The notes: generated by a model not told the origin, from the sequence alone. A stretch of DNA of 64,000 nt from Euryarchaeota archaeon RBG_19FT_COMBO_56_21 (GCA_001800815.1 MGWC01000061.1:11193-75192), one strand, 5' to 3'; shown: positions 36,287-45,995, counted from the first letter of the stretch. A program made the numbers and translations.

Positions 36287-37156
36287 ATGAAGGCGCTCGA
36301 GCTCAAGGATGTTCGATTCAAGTATCGTGGTTCCGATAACTGGGCACTGGACTCAGTCTCTCTGGTGGTCGAGAAGGGTGAGTTCATCACCGTCTTGGGC
36401 TGCAACGGCTCAGGCAAATCGACGATATGTCTTCTTGCGAACGGGCTCGTACCACATGCGATCCAGGGCGATTTCGAAGGGAGCGTCGAAATCTTCGAGA
36501 AGCCAGTGATGGGCCGAACAGTTGCTGAGATAGCCACCAAGGTTGGGATCGTATTCCAGGAGCCGGAGAGCCAGCTCTTCTGCATGAGCGTCGAGGAAGA
36601 GGTGGCCTTCGGCCCAGAAAACCTCGCAGTGCCGAGACACGAGATCAGAGAAAGGGTCGAATGGGCACTTGAGCTGGTCGGAATGAAGGGCTACAACGAT
36701 CGCTCGCCCTTCAGCCTCTCGGGCGGACAGAAGCAGCGGGTGGCGATTGCCGCCTCGTTGTCCATGCATCCAGATATGCTCGTCTTGGACGAGCCCGCGT
36801 ATGCACTGGACCCGATCGGAAGGCATGATCTGTACTCGGTCCTCCGTGAACTCAAAGGAAAGCACGGGATGACCGTCATCCTCGCCGAGCGCGACGCCGA
36901 AGAAGCCGCGGCTTTCTCTGACAGAATAGTCATCATGAACAAGGGAAAGGTAGTGGACGTTGGCCCGCCACGAGACACATTGCGCAACCCTGACAAGCTC
37001 AAGAGAATGGGCATCCAGCCTCCGCAGCTCTCGGAAGTCGCCTCTTTGCTGAACGCGCGCCTGTCTACCTCGAAGTACTCGTTCCTCACAGTCGACGAGG
37101 CCGAGAGCACGATCACGAGAGAGATCATAGGCAGAGGAGGGGTGGTCAGGAAGTGA
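36287..37156 (+). CDS. ecfA1: ECF transporter ATPase component
   Basis: Walker A GCNGSGKST, signature LSGGQKQR and Walker B MLVLDEP. Confidence 0.85.
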   Translation: MKALELKDVRFKYRGSDNWALDSVSLVVEKGEFITVLGCNGSGKSTICLLANGLVPHAIQGDFEGSVEIFEKPVMGRTVAEIATKVGIVFQEPESQLFCMSVEEEVAFGPENLAVPRHEIRERVEWALELVGMKGYNDRSPFSLSGGQKQRVAIAASLSMHPDMLVLDEPAYALDPIGRHDLYSVLRELKGKHGMTVILAERDAEEAAAFSDRIVIMNKGKVVDVGPPRDTLRNPDKLKRMGIQPPQLSEVASLLNARLSTSKYSFLTVDEAESTITREIIGRGGVVRK

Positions 37157-38010
37157 TTCCCGCTCCTTCGCCTGGCCAAGGTGATGACAAAATCATCTCC
37201 GTTCGCAACCTCAGGTTCACCTACGAGGGGGGTGTCGTGGCAATCACGGATTTGTCCATCGACATCCGCAAGGGGGACTACGTCGCTTTGGTCGGAGGGA
37301 ACGGCTCCGGGAAGACCACATTCGCGAAGAACTTGAATGGCCTCCTCAGACCCTCCAGCGGGATTGTGACCATCAGAGGAAGGGATGCCGCAAGAACGGC
37401 GGTCCCGGAGCTCGCCAAGATCGTGGGGTACGCGTTCCAGAACCCGGACTACCAGCTATTTTGCGCTACGGTCGAGGAAGAGGTCAGGTTCGGGCCGTTG
37501 AACCTAGGCTACTCCGAGGATGACATTCGGAGGAAGGTCGAACGTGCGCTCGACGCGATGAACCTCCAGCACCTCCGAGACAAGCCTCCGCTCTCGCTCA
37601 GGCTGGGCGAGAGGCGACGCGTGTCCATTGCATCCGTTATTGCGATGGACCCGGATATCTTCATCCTGGACGAGCCGACAACGGGCCTCGACACTGAGGA
37701 GTCGGACATGCTCATGCAGAAGCTTCAGAACCTCAACGTCGAGGGAAAGACAATCATCCTGATAACACACGACATGAGGCTGGTCTCTGAGCACGCCAAG
37801 CGTGTGGTCGTGATGTCCGTGGGCAGGATAATCCTCGACTCGGATCCACGCGGCGCGTTCTCCGATTTGGAGATACTCAGGAGGAGCAATCTCGAGCCAC
37901 CAGCCGTGACCAAACTCGCGCACGCTCTGAAGGACAAGGGCATCCCGGCAGACGTGATCTCGCCCCAAGAACTCGTCTTCCACCTGCTGAGGGGAGGGGA
38001 GTCAAGATGA
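37153..38010 (+). CDS. ecfA2: ECF transporter ATPase component (second)
   Basis: Walker A GGNGSGKTT and Walker B IFILDEPTTGLD. The signature region reads LSLRLGERRRV, which is atypical. It overlaps its neighbours by 4 nt on each side. Confidence 0.85.
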   Translation: MIPAPSPGQGDDKIISVRNLRFTYEGGVVAITDLSIDIRKGDYVALVGGNGSGKTTFAKNLNGLLRPSSGIVTIRGRDAARTAVPELAKIVGYAFQNPDYQLFCATVEEEVRFGPLNLGYSEDDIRRKVERALDAMNLQHLRDKPPLSLRLGERRRVSIASVIAMDPDIFILDEPTTGLDTEESDMLMQKLQNLNVEGKTIILITHDMRLVSEHAKRVVVMSVGRIILDSDPRGAFSDLEILRRSNLEPPAVTKLAHALKDKGIPADVISPQELVFHLLRGGESR

Positions 38011-38795
38011 CGGGATTCGTGGACCTGTACACCGAGGGGAACACATTCCTCCACCGAGTCGACCCTCGCGTCAAGATCACAGCGGTCATCCTGTTGAGTA
38101 TCCTGGCGTTCGTGCTCAGCAGCCTCGAAGCCCTCGCGGTGCTGTTGGCCTTCATCATGGTCCTCGTGGTTCTCTCGAGGACACCTCTTGCGAAGACGGC
38201 CTTCTCGTTCAAGTTCGTCTTCAGGCTTATGTTGCTCATAGTCATCCTCTGGCCGCTTTTTGACAGGTCTGGAGAACCCGTCATCGCATCGTTCGGGCCG
38301 CTGGTGCTTACTGAGCCAGCGCTCCTCAGGGGCGTCACATCCGCCACGAGGATCGGCTGCCTCGCGACGGTGTGGTACATCCTCATGTTCACGACGCAGC
38401 AGAGGGACATCGTGAGGGCGCTCGTGAAGCTCGGCATAAGGTTCGACTTCGGCCTGACGCTAGCGATATCGCTCAGGTTCTTCCCAACATTCAGTGCCAC
38501 GATCGGGTCCATCATGGATGCGCAGAGGGCGAGAGGCCTCGAGTTCGGAAAGGGAGGCCCGCTCAAGAGAACGCGCAACTACGTCGCAGTCCTGATCCCG
38601 GCCATCGTTTCTGCCATGCGTACGGCGGACGGGCTTTCCTGGGCACTCCAGTCACGCGCCTATGGTGCTCGCCTCGACAGGACGTACCTGAGAGATTTCA
38701 AGATGAAATGGTCAGATTATCTGGCCCTAGCAGCTGTGGTGCTGGTGCTCGTCCTGCCTCTCACCGCGAAGTACGTGTTCGGCATGGAACTGTAG
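38007..38795 (+). CDS. ecfT: ECF transporter transmembrane component EcfT (CbiQ family)
   Basis: FLHRVDPRVKI at the N-terminus, a multi-TM body and the conserved ARG..F loop (AQRARGLEF). Confidence 0.85.
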   Translation: MTGFVDLYTEGNTFLHRVDPRVKITAVILLSILAFVLSSLEALAVLLAFIMVLVVLSRTPLAKTAFSFKFVFRLMLLIVILWPLFDRSGEPVIASFGPLVLTEPALLRGVTSATRIGCLATVWYILMFTTQQRDIVRALVKLGIRFDFGLTLAISLRFFPTFSATIGSIMDAQRARGLEFGKGGPLKRTRNYVAVLIPAIVSAMRTADGLSWALQSRAYGARLDRTYLRDFKMKWSDYLALAAVVLVLVLPLTAKYVFGMEL

Positions 38796-38871
38796 GATAT
38801 CGTGCTGGCGCCCTCGTCATGAAGGGTTTAAGTATGGCCTGCACTTTCTCAAGTCGGAGGTCTTCGATACG

Positions 38872-39921
38872 GTGGCCAGCACTTCGGAGGACAAAGCAAA
38901 ATCTGTCCGCCCACAGAGTAGAGAACTCATGGCGTTTAGCGCTGTGGCAGTCGTTCTGATAGCCGTTCTTGTGTTGGCAGGCGTTTTATCATTCGTTCTC
39001 AAGGAGGAGCTGCCTTACTACGGCCCATCATGGACCGAGCAGGACGATATCCCTGGCGACGTAGTCGCAGTCGCTGGTGAGAACCAGACCGTCAAAGTCG
39101 GGGACGAGGTCTCATTTGATGCCACGGGTTCGACGACAGGTCTGGAATACTCATACTCATGGCGGTTCCACTACGTAGAGGGCAATGAGACCGTCTTCGG
39201 TATGCAGGCTTCCTATCAGTTCGACAGGCCCGGTGAGTATGTCGTCACACTGGTCGTCCTGGAGTCCAGGGATGTATGGGCTGCTGATAACGTCACTATA
39301 ACGGTCGAGGAGAAGACATTCGTCGAGCAGTATTGGCTGGCACTGGTCGTAGGCGCCTTCGTGGCAATCATGCTCGTCCAGTACATATCGGTCCTCAAAA
39401 AGGCAAAGTTCGTGTCCCCGAAGGTCGTCGCGCTTTATGGCGTCCTCGGAGCCCTCACTGCTGCAATAACGATGTCCACTGTGGTCCCGTTCGCCCCGAC
39501 GAAAGGATACTTCAACCTCGGGGATGCGGTCGTGTTCTTCTCAGCGCTCACATTCGGGTGGCGGACGGGCGCGATCTGTGGTGGCTTCGGATCCGCAGCG
39601 GCCGACATCCTGCTCGGATCGGGGTATTTCGCCCCGCTTACCCTCGTGGCCAAGGGCTCTGAGGGACTGGTCGCGGGATTCATTGGCAGATTGGGCGGAG
39701 GCAAGAGACTGGCAGTCGTCGTCGGCATAGTCGCCGGGGGCGCGTGCATGGTCGCCACCTACTTCTTCGGGGAGCTGCTCCTGCTCGACGTGGGCCTAGG
39801 CGCAGCGCTTCTAGAATCGGCAGGCAACGCCATCCAGGTAGCTGTTGGCGGAACCCTGGGCTCCCTGCTGTCGATAGCCGTTAAGAAGAGCTATCCGTCG
39901 ATCGTCTCTTCGCAGGAGTGA
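38872..39921 (+). CDS. ECF S-component-like membrane protein fused to an N-terminal TM anchor and extracellular PKD domain
   Basis: TM1 (aa ~20-42), then the PKD pattern VGDEVSFDATGS...YSWRF...ASYQFDRPGEYVVTLVV...NVTITV, then TM2, then an S-component-like core (YFNLGDAVVFFSALTFGWRTGAICGGFGSAAADILLG..YFAPLTLVAKGSEGLVAG). The start is GTG 38872 or ATG 38929. Confidence 0.65.
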   Translation: MASTSEDKAKSVRPQSRELMAFSAVAVVLIAVLVLAGVLSFVLKEELPYYGPSWTEQDDIPGDVVAVAGENQTVKVGDEVSFDATGSTTGLEYSYSWRFHYVEGNETVFGMQASYQFDRPGEYVVTLVVLESRDVWAADNVTITVEEKTFVEQYWLALVVGAFVAIMLVQYISVLKKAKFVSPKVVALYGVLGALTAAITMSTVVPFAPTKGYFNLGDAVVFFSALTFGWRTGAICGGFGSAAADILLGSGYFAPLTLVAKGSEGLVAGFIGRLGGGKRLAVVVGIVAGGACMVATYFFGELLLLDVGLGAALLESAGNAIQVAVGGTLGSLLSIAVKKSYPSIVSSQE

Positions 39922-39925
39922 ACGC

Positions 39926-41413
39926 TCACTTCCTGTCGAGCTTCGATAGTTCCTTCTCGCCGATCTTGTCCCTGGGGAGGATCCTCTTCATCGAGCCCAT
40001 CATGTGCATTCCGAAGTTCATCAGGAACGCAGGCATCGAGATGCCATAGCGCGTGCCCGTCTGGACCATCTTCCCGGGGTTCATGATGCCGTACGGGTCG
40101 AGGAGGTCCTTCATCTTCCGAATCAGCTCGGCCCCGTGCTTCCCGCGGTACTTGCTGAGGTTGCCCGCGAAGAATATGCCCAGACCGACCGCGCGGCCGC
40201 CGTTGTCCGAGGCCAGGTCACCCAGCCTCTTGGCAAAACCCATAGCTGCGGTCGAGGCCACGAGCTTGTGCTCGTCCGTGAGGTAATAGGGCATGAGCAT
40301 GACAGTGTTCTGGTCGGCGACTGTGCCGATCAGGGGAGCCTTCAGCTTGAGGTCCTTGATGAGCTTCGCCGTGCCCTGGAGCACCAGGTTCAGCTTGTCC
40401 ATTGGGACTAGTATTTCTCCCGGAATTGCGCCAACGCCTAGCTCCCGGACCCTGAACTCGTAATTCCTCTCCTCCCATTCGTGCGTCGCCAGCTCTTGAG
40501 GCTCCTTCTTTCCTCCGGCGCTCTTCATTATCTCGTCCAGCAGCTGCTCCTCCATGTCGACCGAGGCCTTGGACCCGGTCAGCATGCAGGTCACAAGGCA
40601 CCCGACCTGAGGCGCGTGCTTCCCGATGGCCCTGAGGTAATCGTAGTGCAGCTTGTCGCCGAACATGATGTGCATCGGCCTCACTTCAGAGCGGGCCAGC
40701 TTCACGAAAGCGGGCTGCATCTTCATGACGTCGTCGAACGAGTATGTTAGAGGTCTCATCTCCTCCGGCTTGGGCAGGACAGAGAGGGTAATCTCGGTGA
40801 TTATTCCAAAGGTGCCCTCGGCGCCGATGAACAGCCAGTTCAGGTTTGGGCCGGCGCCGTTCTGAGGCACGTACTTGTCGCCCGTGTGTATGACCTCGGT
40901 TGTGGGCAGGACGACCTCCATATCGCGAACGATGTCCCCTGCGGTGCCGTACTTGTAGGCGCCGATGCCGGTCCCTCCTGTGCTAACCCAACCGCCAATG
41001 GTGGCTGAGGGAGCGCTGCTAGGGTAGCATGGCAGGAACAGTCCCTTGGCGTCGAGCGCGTCGGAGAGTGCCTTCCATGTGATCCCTGGTTGCACGCGGG
41101 CTATCAGGTTGACAGGGTCGATCTCGAGTATCTTGTTCATCGCGGTCATGTCGAGAACGCGTCCGCCCTTCACCGGCACGGAACCCCCTAGGCCCCATGT
41201 GCCCGCGCCTCTGGGCACCAGGGGCGAGTTGGTCGAGATCGCCTTCGTTACCAGCTGCACAACATCCTGTGTGTACTGCGGCCTGTCGACATGATCAGGC
41301 ATGGTCTTGAAAATCAGGTCCATCTCCTTCGGGAGTGGCGCGAGGTCGTGGCTGTACAGTCTCCTTTCCATCTTGTCGTCTGTGGTCTCCATCTTGAACA
41401 CCTGCCGTGGCAC
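39926..41413 (-). CDS. FAD-linked oxidase (GlcD / D-lactate dehydrogenase-like)
   Basis: FAD_binding_4-type segment VPRGAGTWGLGG...VLDMTAMNKILEIDPVNLIARVQPGITW and a C-terminal FAD-oxidase domain. Confidence 0.8.
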   Translation of the reverse strand: MPRQVFKMETTDDKMERRLYSHDLAPLPKEMDLIFKTMPDHVDRPQYTQDVVQLVTKAISTNSPLVPRGAGTWGLGGSVPVKGGRVLDMTAMNKILEIDPVNLIARVQPGITWKALSDALDAKGLFLPCYPSSAPSATIGGWVSTGGTGIGAYKYGTAGDIVRDMEVVLPTTEVIHTGDKYVPQNGAGPNLNWLFIGAEGTFGIITEITLSVLPKPEEMRPLTYSFDDVMKMQPAFVKLARSEVRPMHIMFGDKLHYDYLRAIGKHAPQVGCLVTCMLTGSKASVDMEEQLLDEIMKSAGGKKEPQELATHEWEERNYEFRVRELGVGAIPGEILVPMDKLNLVLQGTAKLIKDLKLKAPLIGTVADQNTVMLMPYYLTDEHKLVASTAAMGFAKRLGDLASDNGGRAVGLGIFFAGNLSKYRGKHGAELIRKMKDLLDPYGIMNPGKMVQTGTRYGISMPAFLMNFGMHMMGSMKRILPRDKIGEKELSKLDRK

Positions 41414-41544
41414 GATGTGTGTGAGGCCGGAGAGCCTCCCCCGCGGATGGTAACCTCTGCACCCAATTAAATCCTTACGTCATAACACCGAGAAGGGCCC
41501 TGTGAACAGCGCCAGGATTCGTCGGATAGTCTTGGCTTCACGTC

Positions 41545-41557
41545 GAAAGGTACTTAT
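41545..41557 (+). promoter_or_regulatory. BRE/TATA-like box GAAAGGTACTTAT upstream of htpX
   Basis: Lies about 65 nt upstream of the ATG at 41621. It has the same GAAAGGT-TATA pattern as the other predicted promoters. Confidence 0.35.
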
Positions 41558-41620
41558 CGATGGGGATTGTGAACACTACCTTGCTCTAGTCGACTTCTAG
41601 TCGGAAGAGGGGGGCGGAAA

Positions 41621-42490
41621 ATGCAGACCACACTCAGACTGATGGCGCTCTTCGGCGCGCTAATCGGGCTCTTCATGCTGATAGGTTGGGTAGTCGGGGG
41701 CCTGTTCTTCGACGATTGGGTAACAGGCACGATAGTCTTCGCGGCTCTTGCCGCTGTCATCAACTTCGCGAGCTACTTCTACAGCCACAAGATCGTCATG
41801 TGGTCGTACAAGGCGAAGGTGGTCACGCAGGCCGATTCGCCGAGGTTGTACAACGTGGTCAACAAGGTCTGCCTGAAGGCCAACATGCCAATGCCAAAGA
41901 TCGCAATTGTCCCTACGCCGACTCCGAACGCGTTCGCGACGGGCAGGAACGAGAAAACCGCGGTAGTTGCAGCCACTGAGGGGCTGCTCACTGCGCTCAC
42001 GGACGACGAGCTAGAGGGAGTGCTAGCTCACGAGATGGCGCACATCAAGGACAAGGACATGCTCCTGATGACCGTTGCCGCGACGATCGCTGGTGCGATA
42101 TCTTTTGCAGCCAGGATGGCTTGGTGGGGGTCTCTCGGCAGCAGGAGGGGCAACGGGAACGCACTTCTGCTGGCCGTCATAGCCATAACCGTGCCCATAG
42201 CTGCGATACTGATCAGGCTCGCAATCTCGAGGAGCCGAGAGTACAAGGCCGACAAGGAGGGCGCGCTCATGATACAGAGACCGTTGGCGCTGGCTCGTGC
42301 CCTTGAGAAGCTCGAGGACGCGAACAGGAGAAGGCCGCTCACTCAGGGCAACCCTGCATCCGCCTCGTTGTTCATCGTGAACCCGTTCAGAGGGGGCGGG
42401 CTGATGACAGTCTTCATGACGCACCCGCCGATTGCGACCCGTGTCAGAAAGCTGGAGCAGCTGGCCGACCAAACTGGATTCATCGGCTGA
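41621..42490 (+). CDS. htpX: zinc metalloprotease HtpX (M48)
   Basis: N-terminal TM helices, HEMAHI (HExxH) and REYKAD. Confidence 0.9.
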   Translation: MQTTLRLMALFGALIGLFMLIGWVVGGLFFDDWVTGTIVFAALAAVINFASYFYSHKIVMWSYKAKVVTQADSPRLYNVVNKVCLKANMPMPKIAIVPTPTPNAFATGRNEKTAVVAATEGLLTALTDDELEGVLAHEMAHIKDKDMLLMTVAATIAGAISFAARMAWWGSLGSRRGNGNALLLAVIAITVPIAAILIRLAISRSREYKADKEGALMIQRPLALARALEKLEDANRRRPLTQGNPASASLFIVNPFRGGGLMTVFMTHPPIATRVRKLEQLADQTGFIG

Positions 42491-42503
42491 GCGAAGAGAA
42501 GGC

Positions 42504-43796
42504 TCAACCAACCTTTTCCCATTTCTCCAATTTCATCACGCTTGAAAGAGTGCCGCCCTTCTTGATCTCTTCCCGGAGCCTGTTCTCTCTCTCGAGCACA
42601 TCAAGGGCTCGGTTCGCGACCTCGACGGCGCTCTCCTGTGGGATGACGACAACACCACTCTCATCGCCGATTATCCAGTCGCCCGTCTTGACCGTGATGC
42701 CGCCACAGACTATCTCGTGGCCTATCCCGCCGTAACCCTTCGGCTCTCCCGCGTTTGACGCGATGTATCTTGAAAAGCACGGGAAGCCCAGCTCGATAAT
42801 GGAATCAATGTCCCTTGCAGCTCCGTCGATGACGACTCCAGTCACACCTTTGGTCTTGCAGCTCCATGATGCGAGTTCGCCCCAGACCGCGATCTCACCG
42901 CCGCATGCGTCGATGACTATGATGTCCCCTGGCTTCGCCCGATCGATGGCCTCAACTGGCTTCGCCCAGTCGCCGTTGATCGTATGAACCGTAAGCGCCT
43001 TCCCGACCATCTTCACGCCGTGGGCGATCCTGGGATGGATCCCCTTCATCGCCCCCTTTTTGTGCTGGGCGTCAGCAACATTGGGGGAAGATACCTTTGA
43101 GAATGCGGTGAATAGGTCCTTCTCGGAGTACTTCTTGAACAGCTCCGTCTTGACCTTCTTCCCGCTCGTGATTGCCTTCTTGACGTTTCTCGCTGCCTTC
43201 GTGACGTCCTTGGCCTTGATGATGGCGCCGCCAACGATTATGATGGACGCTCCGGCCCGGACAACATCAGGAGCGGTCTCGCTGTTGATTCCTCCAGCCG
43301 CTGCGATCGGTATGTTGACGGCATCTACGAGCCCCTTGAGTTCGGACAGAGGGGTACCCCCGACCATCTGCTCGTCGACCCCGACATGTATGCAGATGTA
43401 GTCCGCGCCCATCCTCTCGATCTCCTTCGCTCGCGCTTCCTTGTCTCGCACGTTGAAGAGATCGACCATGACTTTGGAGCCATACTGCCGCGCGCTGAGA
43501 ATCGCCTCAGTTATGGTAGGGTCCGAGGAGATGCCGAGTATGACGACCACGTCAGCCCCGGACTTGGCGGCCATCTCGACCTCCGCCCCACCCACATCGA
43601 TGGTCTTCATGTCGGCAACGACCGTGTGGGTCGGAAAAGTCTTCTTGAGCAGCCGAACGATCTCCATGCCTTCGCTCTTGATCAAAGGCGTGCCGGCCTC
43701 GATCCAGTCTACTCCTCCCTTGACCGCGTCTCTCGCGATCTCAATGGCGCGGTCCCCGTGAACGAGGTCGAGTGCTACCTGCAGGACGGGTTTCAT
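42504..43796 (-). CDS. fusion protein: 3-hexulose-6-phosphate synthase-like (OMP decarboxylase fold) + RraA-like domain
   Basis: The N-terminal half has LQVALD...VADMKTID...GADYICIHVG. The C-terminal half has GVVIDGAARD...GFPCFSR...GDWIIGDESGVVVIP, which is the RraA / HMG-aldolase pattern. Confidence 0.75.
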   Translation of the reverse strand: MKPVLQVALDLVHGDRAIEIARDAVKGGVDWIEAGTPLIKSEGMEIVRLLKKTFPTHTVVADMKTIDVGGAEVEMAAKSGADVVVILGISSDPTITEAILSARQYGSKVMVDLFNVRDKEARAKEIERMGADYICIHVGVDEQMVGGTPLSELKGLVDAVNIPIAAAGGINSETAPDVVRAGASIIIVGGAIIKAKDVTKAARNVKKAITSGKKVKTELFKKYSEKDLFTAFSKVSSPNVADAQHKKGAMKGIHPRIAHGVKMVGKALTVHTINGDWAKPVEAIDRAKPGDIIVIDACGGEIAVWGELASWSCKTKGVTGVVIDGAARDIDSIIELGFPCFSRYIASNAGEPKGYGGIGHEIVCGGITVKTGDWIIGDESGVVVIPQESAVEVANRALDVLERENRLREEIKKGGTLSSVMKLEKWEKVG

Positions 43797-43886
43797 CTTC
43801 GTTAAGACCTCACTGCACCGATAAAAACGTGTCGCACATGCTCACTGACCTGTGCGGACAGAGCCTGCGTTCCAGCGTAAGAAACC

Positions 43887-43894
43887 CTAATATC
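43887..43894 (+). promoter_or_regulatory. TATA box (CTAATATC) for the KaiC-like trio
   Basis: Lies about 29 nt upstream of the ATG at 43920, consistent with a leaderless mRNA. Confidence 0.4.
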
Positions 43895-43919
43895 GGTTCC
43901 ATTGCATACTCGAAGAGTG

Positions 43920-44669
43920 ATGGTGGCTAAGACTGCCGAAAGGGACCGCTGCGTCACGGGCGTCGAGGGCCTCGACACAATCCTCTACGGCGGCATCCCC
44001 CGGTCCAACACAGTGCTTCTGACTGGCAGCTGCGGCACTGGCAAGACATCGCTGGCGCTCGAGTTCCTGATGCATGGGGCCGTCAAGGACGAGAACTCGC
44101 TTTTCGTGAGCGTCACCGAGAATTCCGAGAAGCTGCTGCAGAACATCATCCCGTACAAGTTCTTCGACAAGAGCTTGATCAAGTCCGGCCGGCTCGTGTT
44201 CGTGGACATGCCTGTGATGTATGAGCGTCTTGGGCTCACGAAGGCGGAGCTGAGCATGGAAGAGATAGAGCTGCTGGTCAACTCGCTCGCGAGCCTGGCC
44301 AAGGAGCTCCAGACCAAGCGCCTAGTGATAGACTCCATCACATCCGTCTGTTACAAGCTGAAGACCTCGGAGAAGATCCGGGATTTCATCCTGAAGCTGT
44401 CCAAGGCCCTGTCTGACCTCGGGTGCACTTCGATATTGGTGGGAGAGGTGACCGCCGATTCGGCTTCGTACTCCACATTCGGAGTGGAGGAGGCAATCGC
44501 AGACGGCATCATACTTATGGCGAACATGGAGAGGCGCGGGGACCTCCTCCGTACGCTTCAAGTGATAAAGATGCGTGGCACGATGCATTCTCGGGCCAAG
44601 TACGTGCTCGACCTCACACCGGTCGGCGTGCTACTTGTCCCGCTCCTGAAGGGAGGTAGCACAGGATGA
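43920..44669 (+). CDS. KaiC-like / RecA-superfamily ATPase (intact P-loop)
   Basis: GVEGLDTILYGGIP, Walker A GSCGTGKTS, Walker B RLVIDSIT and C-terminal IKMRGTMH. Confidence 0.8.
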   Translation: MVAKTAERDRCVTGVEGLDTILYGGIPRSNTVLLTGSCGTGKTSLALEFLMHGAVKDENSLFVSVTENSEKLLQNIIPYKFFDKSLIKSGRLVFVDMPVMYERLGLTKAELSMEEIELLVNSLASLAKELQTKRLVIDSITSVCYKLKTSEKIRDFILKLSKALSDLGCTSILVGEVTADSASYSTFGVEEAIADGIILMANMERRGDLLRTLQVIKMRGTMHSRAKYVLDLTPVGVLLVPLLKGGSTG

Positions 44670-45259
44670 GCCCGGAGATGGTGAGTGCTCAGCAGATAGC
44701 GTCAGAGTTGAACGAGACGCCACCCTCGTCCGCCGTATCGCTCCAGATGAGCGTGGACAACTACCTGGATGTCATCCGCGGAGTGGTCGACCTTTTCGCC
44801 AACAAGAGGCAGATGGACACGATCTACGTCGCCGCGACGATCTCATCGGACGCGATCAAGCGGGTGCTCCAGGCGCTGGACATCGACGACTCGCGGGTGT
44901 ACTTCGTGGACTGCATATCCCACATCATGTTGGGCGCGACCGCAACTCAGCAGGACGAGCAGACTACCTTGGTCGAGAGTCCTACGATGCTCGAGAACAT
45001 CATGCTGAAGGTCGAGTACCTCATTCGTAGGTCGCAGTCGAAGGACAAGCTGGTCGTCATAGATTCCATCAATTCGCTGGCGATCCACAACAACAACTGG
45101 ATCCTGTCCGAATTCCTGCATGTTCTGGTCTCTGGTCTTCGGTCCAGGGACGCATATACTGTCATTCTCACAGTGGAAGAACACTCGACCCCCGAGCTGA
45201 ACAACATGGTGAGCCTCGTGTGCGATCACGGCATACACGCGGGCAAGAAGGAGGGATGA
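44666..45259 (+). CDS. P-loop-less KaiC/DUF835-like protein
   Basis: It has no GxxGxGK[ST] motif but keeps a Walker-B-like strand, KLVVIDSINSL. By eye it is collinear with the DUF835 protein at 1151-1669 (VLLDGLEYL vs VVIDSINSL; LIVPIDP vs VILTVEE). ATGA start/stop overlap with the upstream gene. Confidence 0.55.
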   Translation: MSPEMVSAQQIASELNETPPSSAVSLQMSVDNYLDVIRGVVDLFANKRQMDTIYVAATISSDAIKRVLQALDIDDSRVYFVDCISHIMLGATATQQDEQTTLVESPTMLENIMLKVEYLIRRSQSKDKLVVIDSINSLAIHNNNWILSEFLHVLVSGLRSRDAYTVILTVEEHSTPELNNMVSLVCDHGIHAGKKEG

Positions 45260-45260
45260 G

Positions 45261-45995
45261 GTGAATTTCACTAGCATCGGGATACCTGCGCTGGACGAGC
45301 ACCTTGGAGGAGGGATACACAAGGGCTCGACTGTCCTGGTCATGGGCAGCCCGGGCTCGGGCACGGAGTTCTTCGCGAAGCAGTTCGCCTCGACTGGCCG
45401 GGAGGCCGTGACCTACTTCACGTCGACCGAGAGGGACGAGGACGTCTTGTCCGTCATGCGCGAGTACGGGTGGAGGACGGACATGAAGATAATCAACGTG
45501 GGCACGAAGTACTACGAGCGCGTGCTCGCGAAGAAGCTAGAGATCAGCAGGTTCAGGCAGGAGGGGATCACCCTCGGGGACATCAGGAAATTCAAGGAGG
45601 GTGACGCCGCGAAGGAAGAGAACTTCTTGACCTTCCTAGCGTACGAGATATCGAAGCTCAACCCTCCGTTCCGGGTCGTCATCAACTCCTTGGACTTCTT
45701 CCTCGAGAACTATGAGAGCCCTGAGGTGCTCATGGCGATGCGGACGATCAAGGCCCACACGCAGCACTCCGAGAGCGTGACGCTCATGACCATGCTCAAG
45801 GGAGTGCACGAATCCCGCATTCAGAGCAGCATCGAGGATTTATCAGATGTGATAATAGAATTGGACCGCGAGAAGGTCGGCCACGAGTTCAAGAAGTACA
45901 TCATTGTCCAAAAGGTGAGGAACAGGCCCTCGCAGGTGGGCATCATACCGGCTGTCTACGACAAGACGGGGATCCGGCCGGCACAGGCCCCTTAG
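45261..45995 (+). CDS. KaiC-like protein with degenerate Walker A and B (predicted pseudo-ATPase)
   Basis: GIPALDEHLGGGI, then GSPGSGTEF in place of GxxGxGKT, and VVINSLD in place of hhhhDS. The GTG start is 1 nt after the upstream stop and is preceded by AGGAGGGA. Confidence 0.6.
   Translation: MNFTSIGIPALDEHLGGGIHKGSTVLVMGSPGSGTEFFAKQFASTGREAVTYFTSTERDEDVLSVMREYGWRTDMKIINVGTKYYERVLAKKLEISRFRQEGITLGDIRKFKEGDAAKEENFLTFLAYEISKLNPPFRVVINSLDFFLENYESPEVLMAMRTIKAHTQHSESVTLMTMLKGVHESRIQSSIEDLSDVIIELDREKVGHEFKKYIIVQKVRNRPSQVGIIPAVYDKTGIRPAQAP

Noticed and set aside
41560-41605. The direct repeat TCTAGTCG(A/G) x2 (ctctagtcgacttctagtcgga) upstream of htpX, considered as a regulatory site.
   Set aside because: There are only two short 8-nt copies, with no palindrome and no adjacent regulator. 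That is too weak to call, and it may simply be part of the 5' UTR.
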